Shown piece by piece: positions 21,317-34,772 of a DNA stretch of 36,702 nt. Location of the stretch: NCBI RefSeq assembly GCF_001194135.2, contig NC_068983.1:106142223-106178924 (forward strand). Reading direction: 5' to 3'. Origin of the DNA: Octopus bimaculoides. Its lineage: Eukaryota. Position 1 is the stretch's first letter; every line of letters starts with the position of its first letter. Under the pieces are notes generated by a model. That model had not been told where the DNA came from. It worked only from the letters and a program-made list of their open reading frames with translations, and ran no database searches. The position numbers were made by a program, and so were the translations under genes.

Positions 21317-23079
21317 CAACAGTAAAATGAATAGGGACACATTACAGTTACTCTGCTCTTTGTTGTTGATGTTGTGAAGGCTAGACCTTACTGCCATTAG
21401 CCATTAAGTTTCAGTAGAGTTGATAGTGATCCTCTGATGGCTTCTTCTGGTCAAAATAGAAAGATGTGAATAGTTCTGAAAAGAATTAATGAGTGCAGAG
21501 TTCAGTAATTATTTTAGCAAACATCTCTTGCTTTTAATTTTGTCATGATTCACTAAAACAAAATCTACCAATGATCTATAACTGATTTTCAAAATTAAAT
21601 CTATGTTTCATCTTCAATCAAACTTGTGTCATTATTCAAATTGTTTCGCTATTTTCATCATCATCATCATCATCATTGTTTAACATCCGCCTTCCATGCT
21701 GATATTGGTTGGATGGTTTGACAGTTGTCAGCCAGGTAGAAGACTATACCAAGCTACTGTATCTGTTTTAGCATGAAAAGTAGAGTGCAAATAAACTGAG
21801 ACAACAACAGAAAAGATACACATTATGTCAACAGATGATGAATACGGTGTGAAAAAGTGCTGATAATATAAAGTACTTTGATTGAAGGAAGACAAGAAGT
21901 TACAAGGTCCTATCTCAGGATCTGTGTCTACATCTTATTGATGAGATAACAAAGAACTGTGGCAAGAGGCAAATGACTAAACAGTAGATCCATCTAACCC
22001 ATGCCAAAGAAGATAAACAGATGTTATAACTGTTTCTAGGGGAAACACAAGGTTTGAAATTTGGGGGAAGGGGTCAATACCATCAACCCAAGTATTCAAC
22101 TGGTACTTTATTTTATTGACTCTAAAATGGATGAAAGGCAAATTTTACCAACCCTAGTGAGACATGAACTCAGAACATAATGAGCTGGAAGAAACTATAA
22201 AACATTCATTCTGATGTTGCAATGTTTCTGCCAGCTCATTGCTTTAGAGCAGATGTTAAAATAATAATAACAGCAATGATGGTGATGTTGGCAGAGGCAG
22301 CAGCATTCATTTCACGACACTAGAAACATTTTGTTCATTTACTAATCATAGAATCATCAGTACTGTATCTTTCAGTAAAGTACACAGCTCAAAATATGAA
22401 ATGTTTATAATCAGAGCTGAGTTATTAACTTTGATGGAACAACTTTTATGATTATTAACCTCATCAATGATTTGTAAAACATTAGTTTGACCTAGTCTGA
22501 TATCTGGTCATCATTCAGCACCATATTTATTATGTACATATGCTATGGCAAGTATTTGTATGTGGACCATGATGTAGTGGAGAAGAGAATTGAAAGCTTG
22601 AGTCAAATACATGTTCATGCCTGAACACTCATACAAAGACATAACAAATATAGCTCCTAAAGAAATAAATCCATTTGAAATGAAGTACTGTACAAAATAC
22701 ATAAAGTTAACACTTTAAAATGTTATTCCATCAGAAAATACATCTCTGCTTACCTTACTTGACTCATTATTTTACATTTGGATAATCAACATTATGAGGG
22801 ACAGCCAACAGTAAAAATAATTGCTTCAACAAGCAGCAATCATCATCATTTAACATTCACTTTTCCATGCTTGCATGGGTCAAATAGAGCTTATTTGAGG
22901 CAGATCTTTCTATGGCTGGATGCCCTTCTTGTAGCCAAACCACACCTGTTTCTAAGCAAAGTAATATTTCTCCTCACTAGACATGCTCTTGCAGAGTATT
23001 GTAAATAACACTGCTTGTATGACAGTTACACTCACAACTATCACATGATGTCAAGGCACACATACATGACTGGCATCTT

Positions 23080-23215
23080 TTAATTTCTCTCTATCAAATC
23101 CACTCACAAGGCTTTGGTTGGCCTGGGGCTATAGCAGAAGGCACTTGCCCAAGGTGCCATGTAGTAGAACTGAACCCAATGTGCTTAGAAAGCAAACGTC
23201 TTACCACACAGCCAT
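23080..23215 (-). mobile_element. SINE family A 5' half
   Basis: caaatccactcacaaggctttgg...cacttgcccaaggtgcc...cttaccacacagcc. Confidence 0.75.
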
Positions 23216-23891
23216 GTAAAAGAAATATACTAAATCAGTGAAATGAGAACTTTATTTACTCAGATTGAACATGATTTTCTTAGATTTTTCCACTTCCTTT
23301 TTTCCTTTCATTGAACCAAATGAAGAGAAATTCACCAAAAAGAAAAAAAAAACAGTCCTGTATGAGTTAAGACACTTAATTACAGTGTGAACTTTTACCT
23401 GCAACATCTCACAGCTTGCATTTAGATGAATTTACAAAAGTAAACTCTCTAAATATTAGTGATGGCATTTGAAACACTTGTAGTCCCACAGGAAACAACT
23501 GATGTTCCCATGTCAGCTGGCAAGAAAGGGTATTTATCATGTCAACAGAAACCACTGTTTAGCATGACAATTGGCAAGAACTGGTATTTACAGTAGCAAC
23601 AAACAAAAACAAATAATTTACAGAATTATATTACAGGAATTGTTAAGAATGTTGATCAGGAGTAACTGATGTTCGCAGTGACTCTAGAGGAGATGTAGTT
23701 CTATCAGCTTAAATAATTTGATATTAATAATGACAGGACTCTGAATGTTACACTGTCAACTGCCTTTGCAGTATCAAAGAATTACATTATGATTAACAGT
23801 GATGATTAGTACTCAAGTTAATAGGTAAACATCACTGAAGTTTGAGAATAAAACTATAACAAAATTACCTCTTGGCAACAATGATGTATTA

Positions 23892-24229
23892 TCAGGATAG
23901 TGATGCTACAAATTTGAGTAATTCATTCTTTATAGTATTTTCACAGGCTTTACATACTGTATAGTGGACTTGGGATTTTTTAATCATTTCGCAGACTTTT
24001 GAATGAGGCTTAGGGCTGGGTTGTAATTCCTTAAATATTTCTATCATGTCTGTTAATGGCAGTTCTTTAAAGTGTTGGCGATCTTGAAGAATAGTGGGCA
24101 GTATTGTGTCACCAGATTTCATATAATGGGCTGTTGAAGCAATAATCATCGGCTCTTTACTATTGGTGGACTTTTGGTATCGGTCAGCAACAACCTTCGC
24201 TACTGCTGTGTGAGTATCAAGAAGATATC
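23892..24229 (-). CDS. THNSL1: THNSL1 last coding exon (YLLDTHTAVAKVVADR...STAHYMK...VASLS*)
   Basis: ttttcAG acceptor, TGA stop ending at 23892, 338 nt. Confidence 0.92.
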
Positions 24230-27200
24230 CTGAAAAGAAAAAAAAAGTACAAAATACTTTTATCTAACTTTTCACATCATAATTTGTAACTACTGTTCAT
24301 TAAATAAATCTTAAATGTATTATTAAATTTAATAACTTATGATACAAAACTAGCGAGAAAGAGGAGGAGAGAGAGAGAGAGAGAGAGAGTTTAGCAGGGT
24401 CAGTAGTTCAAAGGTAGTAGAGCTAGATTTATTACTTTGATGTTCTGGTATTCAGCTGTCTGCAAGTCTTTGCTTTACCAAACACTATAACTGACACAAG
24501 AGCCAGGACTTGAACTTAATTTACACAAAAACTAGGTTAACCTAGTGGCAAAATCATACTGGTATCCTACAACAAAATGAATTTACTTATTTTTTCCTCA
24601 TCTCCTATTGACTATATACGAAGCTTAATGAAAATATTTTGATGCATGATTCATTCATCATTATCTTCATCATCAATTAACATCTATATTCCATGTTGTA
24701 ATAAATTTGTCAGGATCCAACAAGTCAGAGAACTACATCATACTCCAATATCTATTCTGGCATGGTTTCTATAGCTAGGTGTCCTTCCTGATGCCAACAA
24801 CTTTACAGAGTGTACTAGGTAGTCTTTGTGTCACTGGCACTAGTGAGGTTGTCATGTTGCTTACAATAAAAAAACCCTTGATTGAGTAGGGTGTATTACT
24901 GAGGGAAATGGTTTATGCCAGTTGTTGAGAGGCAAGCATATGATAGAAAGCTAGGAATAGGTGTCTTGCTGTAGAGGAGATATATGCTTACCCCTGGCTG
25001 GTTAAGGACGTTTCTCTCCACTACAATTCTTTAAGACTCAGCATTTAGCAAAATATAGTGTCCTTCTAATATATTAACTTTTCCTATTCTCCAGGAATTA
25101 AAAAAAGTCAAGTAGCACAAAACTGAATTTACTTTATTCTAACAGTGTTACTAAAATTGGTAAGCAGCAGAAGTAGCATCTCAGTTACTAGAAATGGTAA
25201 GCACAGCTGAACAGAAACAGATTTAGCCACCCAATAATAATAGGAGTTATTCACTGCACAGCAGTCACACTGCATTTTCAATTTAATGTATTTAATCAAT
25301 GATTTCACTCAAGGTCATCAGTCTCACATGAGAGACTCCCATATCTGTAACAAACTAGCAAACTATGAATCAAGCCTAATGAAGGAGCCCCTCTGTGGTG
25401 ACACAAGGACTGCTAAAAATAACAGTAATATTTCCATCAAACCACAGATTGCCATATTAAAAGAGCACAGATAATGTAATCTGCAGTGTATTATACCTGA
25501 TAAATACAGGATGTTCTTTACTTGAATATGTTTAACCCTAGGTTTGTTTGATCAGGGTTTGGCTGCGGCAAAACAACCATTGCTACAACCGATCAATTTA
25601 CAGATAATTTGTGTTACTTTGGTTGAATCTTTCTGAGTTTTTTTTAACCATTCCTCTGTCAGTTTTTCGTGAGTTTTTCAATGCCTTATACTGGATAACC
25701 ATAGTGCAAGTAAAGGGATATGAACAAAGCCATTGCAACTTTTCATCTAATATGATAAAACTAAAAGCTTTCAAGACTTGAGAAATGATAGTACTAAAGT
25801 TTAGAAAAATTAGTTTATGATTGTCATTTACCAGATGTTTTATATGTTGTCAGAATGGCATCCAAGCAATCTTCTTCTGAGCACCAATCAGCATACATGT
25901 CAGACCGAATTCTATTCAAAATCTACAAATATGAAAAAAAGCATAAATAAAAAGTGACTGATAATGATTTTTAAGAAATGGGTTTGGAGGAAGGAAACCC
26001 CATTGTCAATAATATGTGATGAAAGAAGGAGCCCCACAAAAATAGCCTGGTGAAAATGTTTAAAAATAATGAAATAATTATCTCCATAAATATTTCTTTT
26101 TACAGATGTATGAGACTTATATTAGAAGGGCATATAGTCATTGCATTGATCCCAACAGTTTGCTGATAGCTATTTTAGTAAACCCTAGAGCAATGATTCC
26201 CAACATGGGCATATGCCCCACCAGTGGGACCTAGTAAAATTGTGGCAGAGCATGAGATCCAACATCCTTTCTGTTTTTTTTTAGTGGGACATGGAATTGT
26301 GAAAATCTTTTTTCCACAACAAACATACTACACCTATACTTAGCCAAGCCAAACATACTCTGTCAAGATTGTTTGCTACATTATTTACGTTGTCCTCATT
26401 TTGTTTATTGTTAACACAATGTTTTGTCGTCATCAGGTGTCTTGGGGAAATTTCAAACCTGGGTTCTCATTTCTAAGGTATTTTTTGATGCTATTGTTAT
26501 TATTATTATTCAGGTCACTGCCTGGAATCAAACTCGGAATCTTGGGGTTAGTAGCCCGCACTTTTAACCACTATGCCATATACCCGTGGGCAATTATGGA
26601 GTGAATTTTAGGGCTTATAAATCTAATATTTTCCTATCCTTCCTTAATGCCGGCTCCCATGTGCTACTCATATCTGCATTCGGTCTGCTTAGGAGGTTGT
26701 TGTGTCCTAGCATATGTGCTGCTTCTTTTAGTTTTTGTATTTTCCAGTGGTGTTCTCTGTCTATTATTTTAACTTTATCCCACAGGGGGAGGTGGTCTCC
26801 ATTTTCCCATACATGATCAGCTATACCCGATTTATCAATATCTCCTCATGTCACAGCTTTGCGATGTTTGTCTACCCTTATTTTGAGGGGGGTGGCATGT
26901 TTCGCCTTTGTATAACCTACCATAGCTGCATGGGATGGAGTACACGCAGTCTTTGGTCGTATTCTCTTCTATTGGTAGTTTTACTCGAAGGCGATATTTG
27001 CAAAGTGTTGTATTACTCTTGAATACTGTCCTGATGTCATATGGTTTGACAGAAACTGATAAAATCAGAGGCAGCACCAGACTCCATTGTTATAAAAAAT
27101 TATAATGATACAGTACGTGATGAACACATTGTTTGGATGGATACATGAGGTGAAAGAAAAAAAAAAGTAATGAATAACATTAACAAGGAAAATGATTTAT

Positions 27201-30200
27201 GCAAGGTGTAGAATTTAATGAGGTTTTTCAACAATCGAACAGAAGATATATTAGCAATGTTTGAAACAAATGCTTTAACTTACTTGATTATTAACTTGAA
27301 AACAGCCATGATCTTTTAAAGATTTATTATACTGTTTCACAAGGTGAGTTGAGTTGCCGGAGATATGGTAAAGATATCTTTCAAGATTCGATGGTATTAG
27401 AATATCAATAGAGGGAGAGATGGTATGTAATAAGCTACGTCCATGCAAGAAATAACAGCCAGTCTTCATGAAATCAGTAATAATGTTATTTTCATTGTTT
27501 GCACAAATGATTTTCTGAAAAGGAATACCCATTTTCTGGGTGGAATAAAAGAAAGTATTTTACAATCTAAAATATTCATACTTACATATAAATTACGTAT
27601 GGGAAACAAATTAAAATAATTATGGGAAATATTTAAACTAGATACAGAAAACATAAATTAAGTATAGTAAGAATAATTGAATATGATGAACATATTAAAT
27701 ACAGAAAAAATAAATTAAATACAGTAAACACATAAATAAACTAAACAAATTCTGAAAAAAAATGTATGCATTCAATAAAGAAAACATAAATTAAATATTG
27801 GCTTCAAATTTTAGCACAAGACCAGCAACTTTGGGGGAGGGAGGAAGTTGATTGCATCAACTCCAGTGTTCAACTGATACTTATTCTATCAACCATGAAA
27901 GGATGAAAGGCAAAGTAGAGAGAACATAAAGACGGATGAAATGCTGCCAAGCATTTTGTCTGGAGTGCTAACAATTCCACCAGCTTGCCACCTTACATAA
28001 ATTAAAGATTGCAAATATATGAATTAAATATGAGGAATATGGCAAGCAGTCAAATATAATAAACATAAATTAATGTGGAAAATATAAATTAAATAAATAA
28101 GAAAATAAATCAATTCAGAAAACATAGACATTAAATATGTGAATATTTGGTGGACGAATAATAAAAAAGCATTAAAATTTAGATGAGAATACATTAAAAA
28201 AAGATAAATGCATTTTTATATTTTGCATATTGAAGTGGGATTCCTCTGAAGAATCTCTGGAGTAACATTACTTAACAGGTTGCATAGCATGGACATCAGA
28301 TACTCTCTCCTGGTTGAGCTGCTATTTCTCTACATTGAGAGGTCACAGCTTCAGTACTATGGACATGTGGTTAGAATGTCACAGGAAAGACTTGCAAAAT
28401 GGATTTTTTCAAGTTGAGCCAACTGGCAGGAGACCAAGAATGGAATGGTTGGATAATATCCATAGTTTCATTTGGTTGTGCTTGGGAATGCAGTTGGAAA
28501 GTCTAATGACAGTTGTTTCTGATAGACCTCTATGGAGAAGGTGCTTGCAGACTCTACATCCATGATTCTCCCAGGAATAGTGGCAGAGAAGATGGATGGA
28601 TGAAATATATCATGGTTATTAATTCATCTTTTGATCAAGATGCTTAATATTCTGCAAGGAAGGAGTGAAGTCAATAGAGTCAATCCCAAAATATCACTGG
28701 CATTTATTTGTTGACTTCCTAGATTAGGGGAGAGACAAAATCAAATTGCACAGTCCCACAAGATTAGTGACTAGGATTAGAATAGATGAAACTAAGTACT
28801 GTAATCCATCTCCTGGCTTAACATCACCACCAGCACTTTGAGGGCCTTTAGCAAAGTCCCCTCTGTTACAAACTACGTTCCTGGTTTGAAGGTACATTCC
28901 TCTCACCCATCAATCTTGGAGGCCCTGTAACAGATCATGGGCACTGCTTTCTCTCCTGACTAAAAGATAAAGATAGAAAAAGCTGTAGTTACATTGACTT
29001 AGATGTTTCTACAGCTTTATCTTATATATCTGCTTTAAAACTAATAACTATTTACCTATTTAAATAGTTAATAGTTTTAACAGCTCTAACTGTATTTATG
29101 CTTTAAAAATATTATTTTACTTGGCAAAGATGAAAATAATAAAAATAAATACTTTTAAATACAAACTAGAAAAATCACAAACTTCTTCAGAAAAATATAT
29201 TTAGAATCAAGTTATTTTAAATGCTGATATAATATTTATGAGTCTTTCTAATGAGAAAGAATATAGATAACTGAACCAGACAACCAGCTGAGAATTTAGC
29301 TGTTTGTCTGTTTGTCTGCAATTAATGATACTACATATTATCTATAACTAGGCAGGGTACCTATTCAACTGAATCTACCAACCATGGATTGGTTAGCTCA
29401 CCACTGTAAACAGCAACACTGTAGAATAGATGAATCTTTCTTTAGCATGTACTGGTGAGTTTAATTCATCCTTTGACAGAACAACTACTTTCAATTAATC
29501 GACATCCTAACACACACACACACACGTGTACATATATACACAATAGGCTTCTTTAAGAAGACCCTTAACCAAGGTGTCACGTAGAGGGATTTAACCTGAA
29601 ACTATGTGGTGGGGAAGCCAGCTTCTTACCACACACTCATGCCTGTGCCTAGACAAGATGTTTTCTCACTCATTCTAAGTTACAAAAATAAGAGATAAGC
29701 AGGCACCCAATAAATCTTTGTGATTCAGAGAAACGATTAGCAAGATTAACCCTTTTGAGACTAACCATCTTGAAACTACTCCTAGATCTATGATACAAAT
29801 TTCTTGTCTTAAAATAATCTAAATTAAAACCTTCCAGCAAAATCTCATGTTAACTTATGTTCTAAACATTAGCTTAATAAAACCAACTTTAATGAATTTT
29901 TCATTTAAAATATGATTTGAACGAAGTTTTAGGTTAAAATAATAAAGATAGAAGTAGCACATATCTAAACGATGCAATAGTTCAAACTAGAAGATTTTAG
30001 ACTAAAACGTTTATTTAAAAGAAGTCTCGTGAAAATATTGCGTAAAGAAAAGGAAGAGAATAAATCGATATAAAAATATGAATGAAAATTTTATTATGAA
30101 TGAAAGATTAAAGTTTATATAAGTCATAATAAAACAATTAATGATATTGTATAATCAAAGAAATTAAATAAAAAGACTAGTTATTTATCCCATAAAATAA

Positions 30201-32963
30201 AAAGAAATATTAAACAGTATTAATGGAAAAAATTCAACCCTAATCTAATCAAAGTCGTAGTTTAGGCTAAGATGATACACTTATTACTAATTAATTTAGT
30301 GTTAAAAAAGGTATCGACTAAAATTATCATTAAAAATCAATTGAATAGTATAAAAATACATATTTTTTTCAAACAATGATATCAAGTCATTTAACAAAGT
30401 TAAAAACGATACTTATCACTACGCTGCTGAGCAGAGGCCAAAAACTATAGGTCAATCTCTCTGACTTCACATATCAGTAAAATCATGGAGTGAATCATCA
30501 GAAAGAAGTTGCTAATGTTCCTAAAAGAAAATGACCTACTAAACAATACACAGCATGGCTTCCGTCCAAGAAGAAGCTGCCTTACATAACTCCTACAGCA
30601 CTATGACTAGGTTTTGAAACAGCTGCTTGACAATTTAAATGTCAGCATGGTATACCTTCACTTTGCAAAAGCATTTGATAAGGTAGATCATGGCATGATA
30701 TGTCATAAGCTATGGGACCTTGGCATTGCTGGTAAACTGGGAGAGTGGCTGCATGACTTCCTTAAAGACAGAAGTTAAGTAGTTGCAGCCAATGGTGCTC
30801 TTTCTGAGGAAACTCAAATCTCAAGTGGTGTCCTCCAGAGAACTGTTCTGGGACCATTACTGTTCCCAATAGCCCTCTTAGACATGCTCATGGTCACTCG
30901 GACAGCCACTGTCACTAGCTATGCTAATGATACAGAATTATCACAGGCAATAAAAAAATGAAGATGATGTTGCAAGCTTACAGTGAGACCTGAATTCAAT
31001 AGATAAGTGAGCCAAAATAAACAGCATACAGTTTGATGCTGGAAAATTTCAAGCAATGCACTATCAACTCATGAATGTACTACAGCCTGCATATACAGGA
31101 CCCAAAGGCACTACAATCCCAGAGTCACAGGCAGTGAAAGATTTGGGGATCAGTATGTGCAATGACGCATCATTTTATATGCACATTGCCAAGATGGGAG
31201 CAAAGTGCAGACAGCTGGTAGGATGGATACTGAGGACCTTCAAGACAAGAAACCAAGAAGCTATGTTGACCCTGTGGAAAACTTTTGTTCTCAGTCACCT
31301 GGACTACAACTCCCAGTTATGGTCATCACATAGTACCAGACTAACAGCGGAGCTTGAGGCAGTCCAATGCCATTGCACTAAAAAGACTGAAACAGTGCAG
31401 CGGATGAGCTACAGGGATAGACCGAGAAAACTGCAACTTTACTCTCTGGAGCGAAGGCATGAGAGGTATGCAATAATATACATATGGAAAACTCAAGAGG
31501 GGCTAGTACCTAATTTCGGCCTTAAGTGTTATACAAATGCCAGAACTGGCTGCTATTGTATTGTACCAATGGTACCATCCACTCCATCTAAATTCAGGAC
31601 CAGGTACTGCAATAGTCTAGGGTTCAAAGGCCCACAGCTCTTCAATGCTCTGCCACAAAAATTAAGAAATCTGCATAAGTGGAAGTAGATGTCTTCAAAA
31701 AGGAACTAGACATCTTCCTCTCTACAATACTGGATAACCAACAGCCCAACATGAGGTACAGACGAGGGCAGTGAAATCAAACTCCTTTATACACTAAATG
31801 GGCCAACAGCTGGGGCAAAGACACATACAGGAGTGGTGATGTGAAACATCCCAGACTGAGGAAATCAAAAAGACCGTAGTGGTGTTCCAGCATGACCGCA
31901 GCTGTATGGCTGAAAAGAATGAATACATGCATGCATGCATGCATACATGCATACATACATACATATGCAAGACTTTTCTCAAGTTTCAAATGTGAATTTG
32001 TCTGTGTTAACTACATCCCAAAGATGGAACCTTGTATCTTTGTTAGAAACTGGCTCCCACCTCAGTGGGAGATTTATAACTATTAAAAAATAGAAGAGAC
32101 ATACATACATACACATATACAGTTTTTAAACATAGCATGTACATTAAGAGATGTTGTTACCTTTCAATGATGTATTTACATTAAGCATGACACTTAGATG
32201 ATTATTGTATATATGTTTATATATGCTTTTACCTTAGAGTAATATGCTGCCAACACATTCCCAAAGTTTCCGGTTGGAATACAAATGTTAACAGGATCAC
32301 CAAAGCAAATAACACCTGTTTTAACCATGTTCAAATAAGCTGCAGTATGGTGTACCACTTGTGGTAGAAGCCTTCCCCAGTTGATGGAATTGGCTGCACT
32401 GGAAAAGAAACAAATCATTGTTTACCAATGACATCTGGTTGTGAATAAGTAATAGACAAAATGTTTTTTTTTCTTTTTCTTTATACTGATTTCAAATTTT
32501 GGGACAAGGCTAGCAATTTCGGGGAAAGGGATAAGTCAATTACATCGAACCCAGTCTTCAACTGGTACTTATTTTATTGACCCTGAAAGGATAAAAGACA
32601 AAGTTGACCCCAGCAGAATTTGAACTCAGAATGTAAGCACTGGTGAAAATGCTTCTAAGCATTTTTGTCCAGCTTGCTAATGATTCTGCTTTTGAGAAGG
32701 GTTCAAGAAAAAAAAAAATGGACTGCATTATACTCCAGTATCTGCTTTGTATATTCTAATTTCATTTTTAAATCAATTTGTGAACTTGTGTCTGAATAAG
32801 AAGTCCATCTTTAATCTAGTTTAAACTAAATGAAATAAAATCTATGTGCATTACACTAACCTGAGAGATAAATTATATTTTGATTCAAGAAAATCCTTTA
32901 ATTCTTTGTCTTGAAAAATATTCTTTACTGTCTTCTGGCAGAAGTCAAAATCTCCATCAACTT
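23892..32963 (-). CDS. THNSL1: Threonine synthase-like 1, 3' five coding exons (5' part not in the window)
   Basis: Spliced peptide VDGDFDFCQK...SAANSINWGRLLPQVVHH...IPTGNFGNVLA...KMGIP...SPSIDIL.PSNLERYL...ADWCSEEDCL...GYLLDTHTAVAKVVADR...IIASTAHY. It matches the recalled metazoan THNSL1 C-terminal half rather than THNSL2. All phases are consistent. Confidence 0.9.
25832..25922 (-). CDS. THNSL1: THNSL1 exon (ILNRIRSDMYADWCSEEDCLDAILTTYKTS)
   Basis: 91 nt, tttgtAG/GTAAAT; not in the ORF track. Confidence 0.9.
26390..27044 (-). mobile_element. Second Penelope-like GIY-YIG/tRNA-like/hammerhead cassette
   Basis: Reverse-complement homolog of 3790-4430 (YDIRTVFKSNTTL...CVYSIPCSYGRLYKGETC). tRNA-like part at 26513-26578; CTGATGA at 26436-26430. 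Confidence 0.8.
27284..27535 (-). CDS. THNSL1: THNSL1 exon (KMGIPFQK...SPSIDILIPSNLERYL...VNNQ)
   Basis: 252 nt, AG/GTAAGT, phase 0 to phase 0. Confidence 0.93.
28290..28570 (+). mobile_element. RTE-like LINE 3' relic
   Basis: HIERSQLQYYGHVVRMSQERLAK, then frameshift to EPTGRRPRMEWLDNI...SDRPLWRR, the typical RTE ORF C-terminus. Confidence 0.7.
30530..31800 (+). mobile_element. 5'-truncated non-LTR retrotransposon RT relic (CR1/L2/Jockey group)
   Basis: QHGFRPRRSCLT, FAKAFDKVDHG, SGVLQRTVLGPLLF, YANDT (decayed YADDT), KDLGI, LWKTFVLSHLDY, YSLERRHERY, with several stops. Antisense to THNSL1. Confidence 0.88.
32233..32398 (-). CDS. THNSL1: THNSL1 exon (AANSINWGRLLPQ...PTGNFGNVLAAYYSK)
   Basis: 166 nt, AG/GTAAAA; carries the PLP phosphate-binding PTGNFGN loop. 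Confidence 0.93.
32485..32690 (-). mobile_element. SINE family C copy (others at about 11380-11590, 15940-16020, 22050-22250, 27810-27990)
   Basis: actggtacttattttattgaccctgaaaggataaaagacaaagttgacc...gaatttgaactcagaa. Confidence 0.75.
32861..32963 (-). CDS. THNSL1: THNSL1 exon (VDGDFDFCQKTVKNIFQDKELKDFLESKYNLSL)
   Basis: tttcAG acceptor (32965-32964), GTTAGT donor, 103 nt, phase 1 to phase 2. Confidence 0.9.
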
Positions 32964-33204
32964 CTGAAATGAGAAATAATTTATAAAATATGTTTCATTT
33001 CCACTCACAGTAAAGAAGCATTTTTCTCTATTTTAGAGAATCACACTAAAACACAGTAATGAACATATTTATTGACTGAATATGAAGATAAATAACAAAT
33101 ATACCATAATTACTGACCAATTAGAGAAATTCCTCAATAAAAGTGGAATGTAGATGTTGCAAAGACATCTTTAAAAGACTGTTTCGATATGTTTTTTTTT
33201 TCTT

Positions 33205-33555
33205 TTACTTGTTTCAGTCATTTGACTGCAGTCATGCTGGAGCATCACCTTTAGTTGAACAATTCGACCCAAGACTTATTCTTTGTAAGCCTAGTACTTA
33301 TTCTATCGATCTCTTTTGCCAAACTGTTAAGTTACAGGAACATAAACACACAAACATAGGTTGTCAAGCGATGGTGGGTGGACACAAACATATACATATA
33401 TGACAGGCTTCTTTCAGTTTCTGTCTACCAGATCCACACACAAGGCTTTGGTTGACCCAAGGCTATAGTAGAAGACACTTGCCTAAGGTGCCATGCAGTG
33501 GGACTGAACCCAGAACCATGTGGTTGGGAAGTAAGCTTCTTACCACACAGTCACA
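33205..33555 (-). mobile_element. SINE family A, near full length
   Basis: Reverse complement of 17611-18000 over both halves. Confidence 0.8.
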
Positions 33556-34772
33556 CCTAGATGTGTTTAAATTTCTGAAATAAATTATTGAGATAATAAT
33601 TTAAATTTTCTGAAGAGTTAACCTTACATTTTCTCTTTAACCAGGTTTTAATAAGCTCATTCTTGAGACTTTCAATACTAAAATTCTTTATAAAAAATAA
33701 TGCCTAGAATTTAAATCTAACACATAGAAAATATATATATAAGCAGGAATTAGACTCATAACTTGAAATTGGAATAATTGAAGAAAATATAGTGAAAATA
33801 TACAGAGAGCCCAAGACTGAGGTGGCTGGATAATATTCATAGTCCCAGTTGGTCATGCTTGGGAATGTATCAGAAAGTGTAATGACATTTGCAACTGATA
33901 GGACTTTATTGAGGATTCTACCCCAACAGCCCTTTGAGGAACAGTGTGTGGAGATGATGAGTGGAATATTTAAATAATCTGGTGTTGAATTGGCAGTCAT
34001 TACAGCACTGTATAGAATACCTCGTAGTTTTTCTTCTGACACTTGGTATTTCGAGATCAAATCTCACTGAAGTCATCTTTGCTTTTTATCCATTTAGAGT
34101 CAATAGAAAAGTTACCAATCCAAGGCAATGGACTGACAGAACTTTAAGAATGTTGGACCACATGCTTTGTGATATTAGTTCTGGCTGTCTTAGTTCTGAG
34201 TCAAATTCTGTGTAGATGCCCTAAAAAACATACTCACCAATCTCCATGTCTAGAGTGGTCAGTAGAGCAAATCCCCGAAGCAAATGCCAGTATCAAATAA
34301 ACAGTACTAGGTTGAGTTAAGAGAGGGATTCCTCCCTGTACAGTGATATATATATACCCTTGTAAAACAAGTTTTGGGCAGTCATTCAATGATCAAAGAC
34401 ATATAGAAATAACTTAATAACCTAATTCAACTTGGATTGAAGTTGGAAAATTCGAACTTACACTCATAGTGAAATTAATTTGAAGGCTAATCTTTAGTAT
34501 CGAATAACCATAGCCAAAACATCCATCATGTAGAACATAACACATGTTTATTTTATTCCGAAACTGCTTTCAGTAGCTCAGACACCTTTGTTAAAGAGTT
34601 TTCTTCCTGGTTTTCTTTTATTTTTTATAGCCAAGTTATTAACTTTCCAATATTCTGCAAAAAACATACCTCGATTAAGGGGAAATATGATCTTGCTTGG
34701 AAACAGGTGAGGGCACCCAGCTGTAAGAAAATCTACTTCAATAAATTCTATCCAACATATGGAAAAGTGGAC

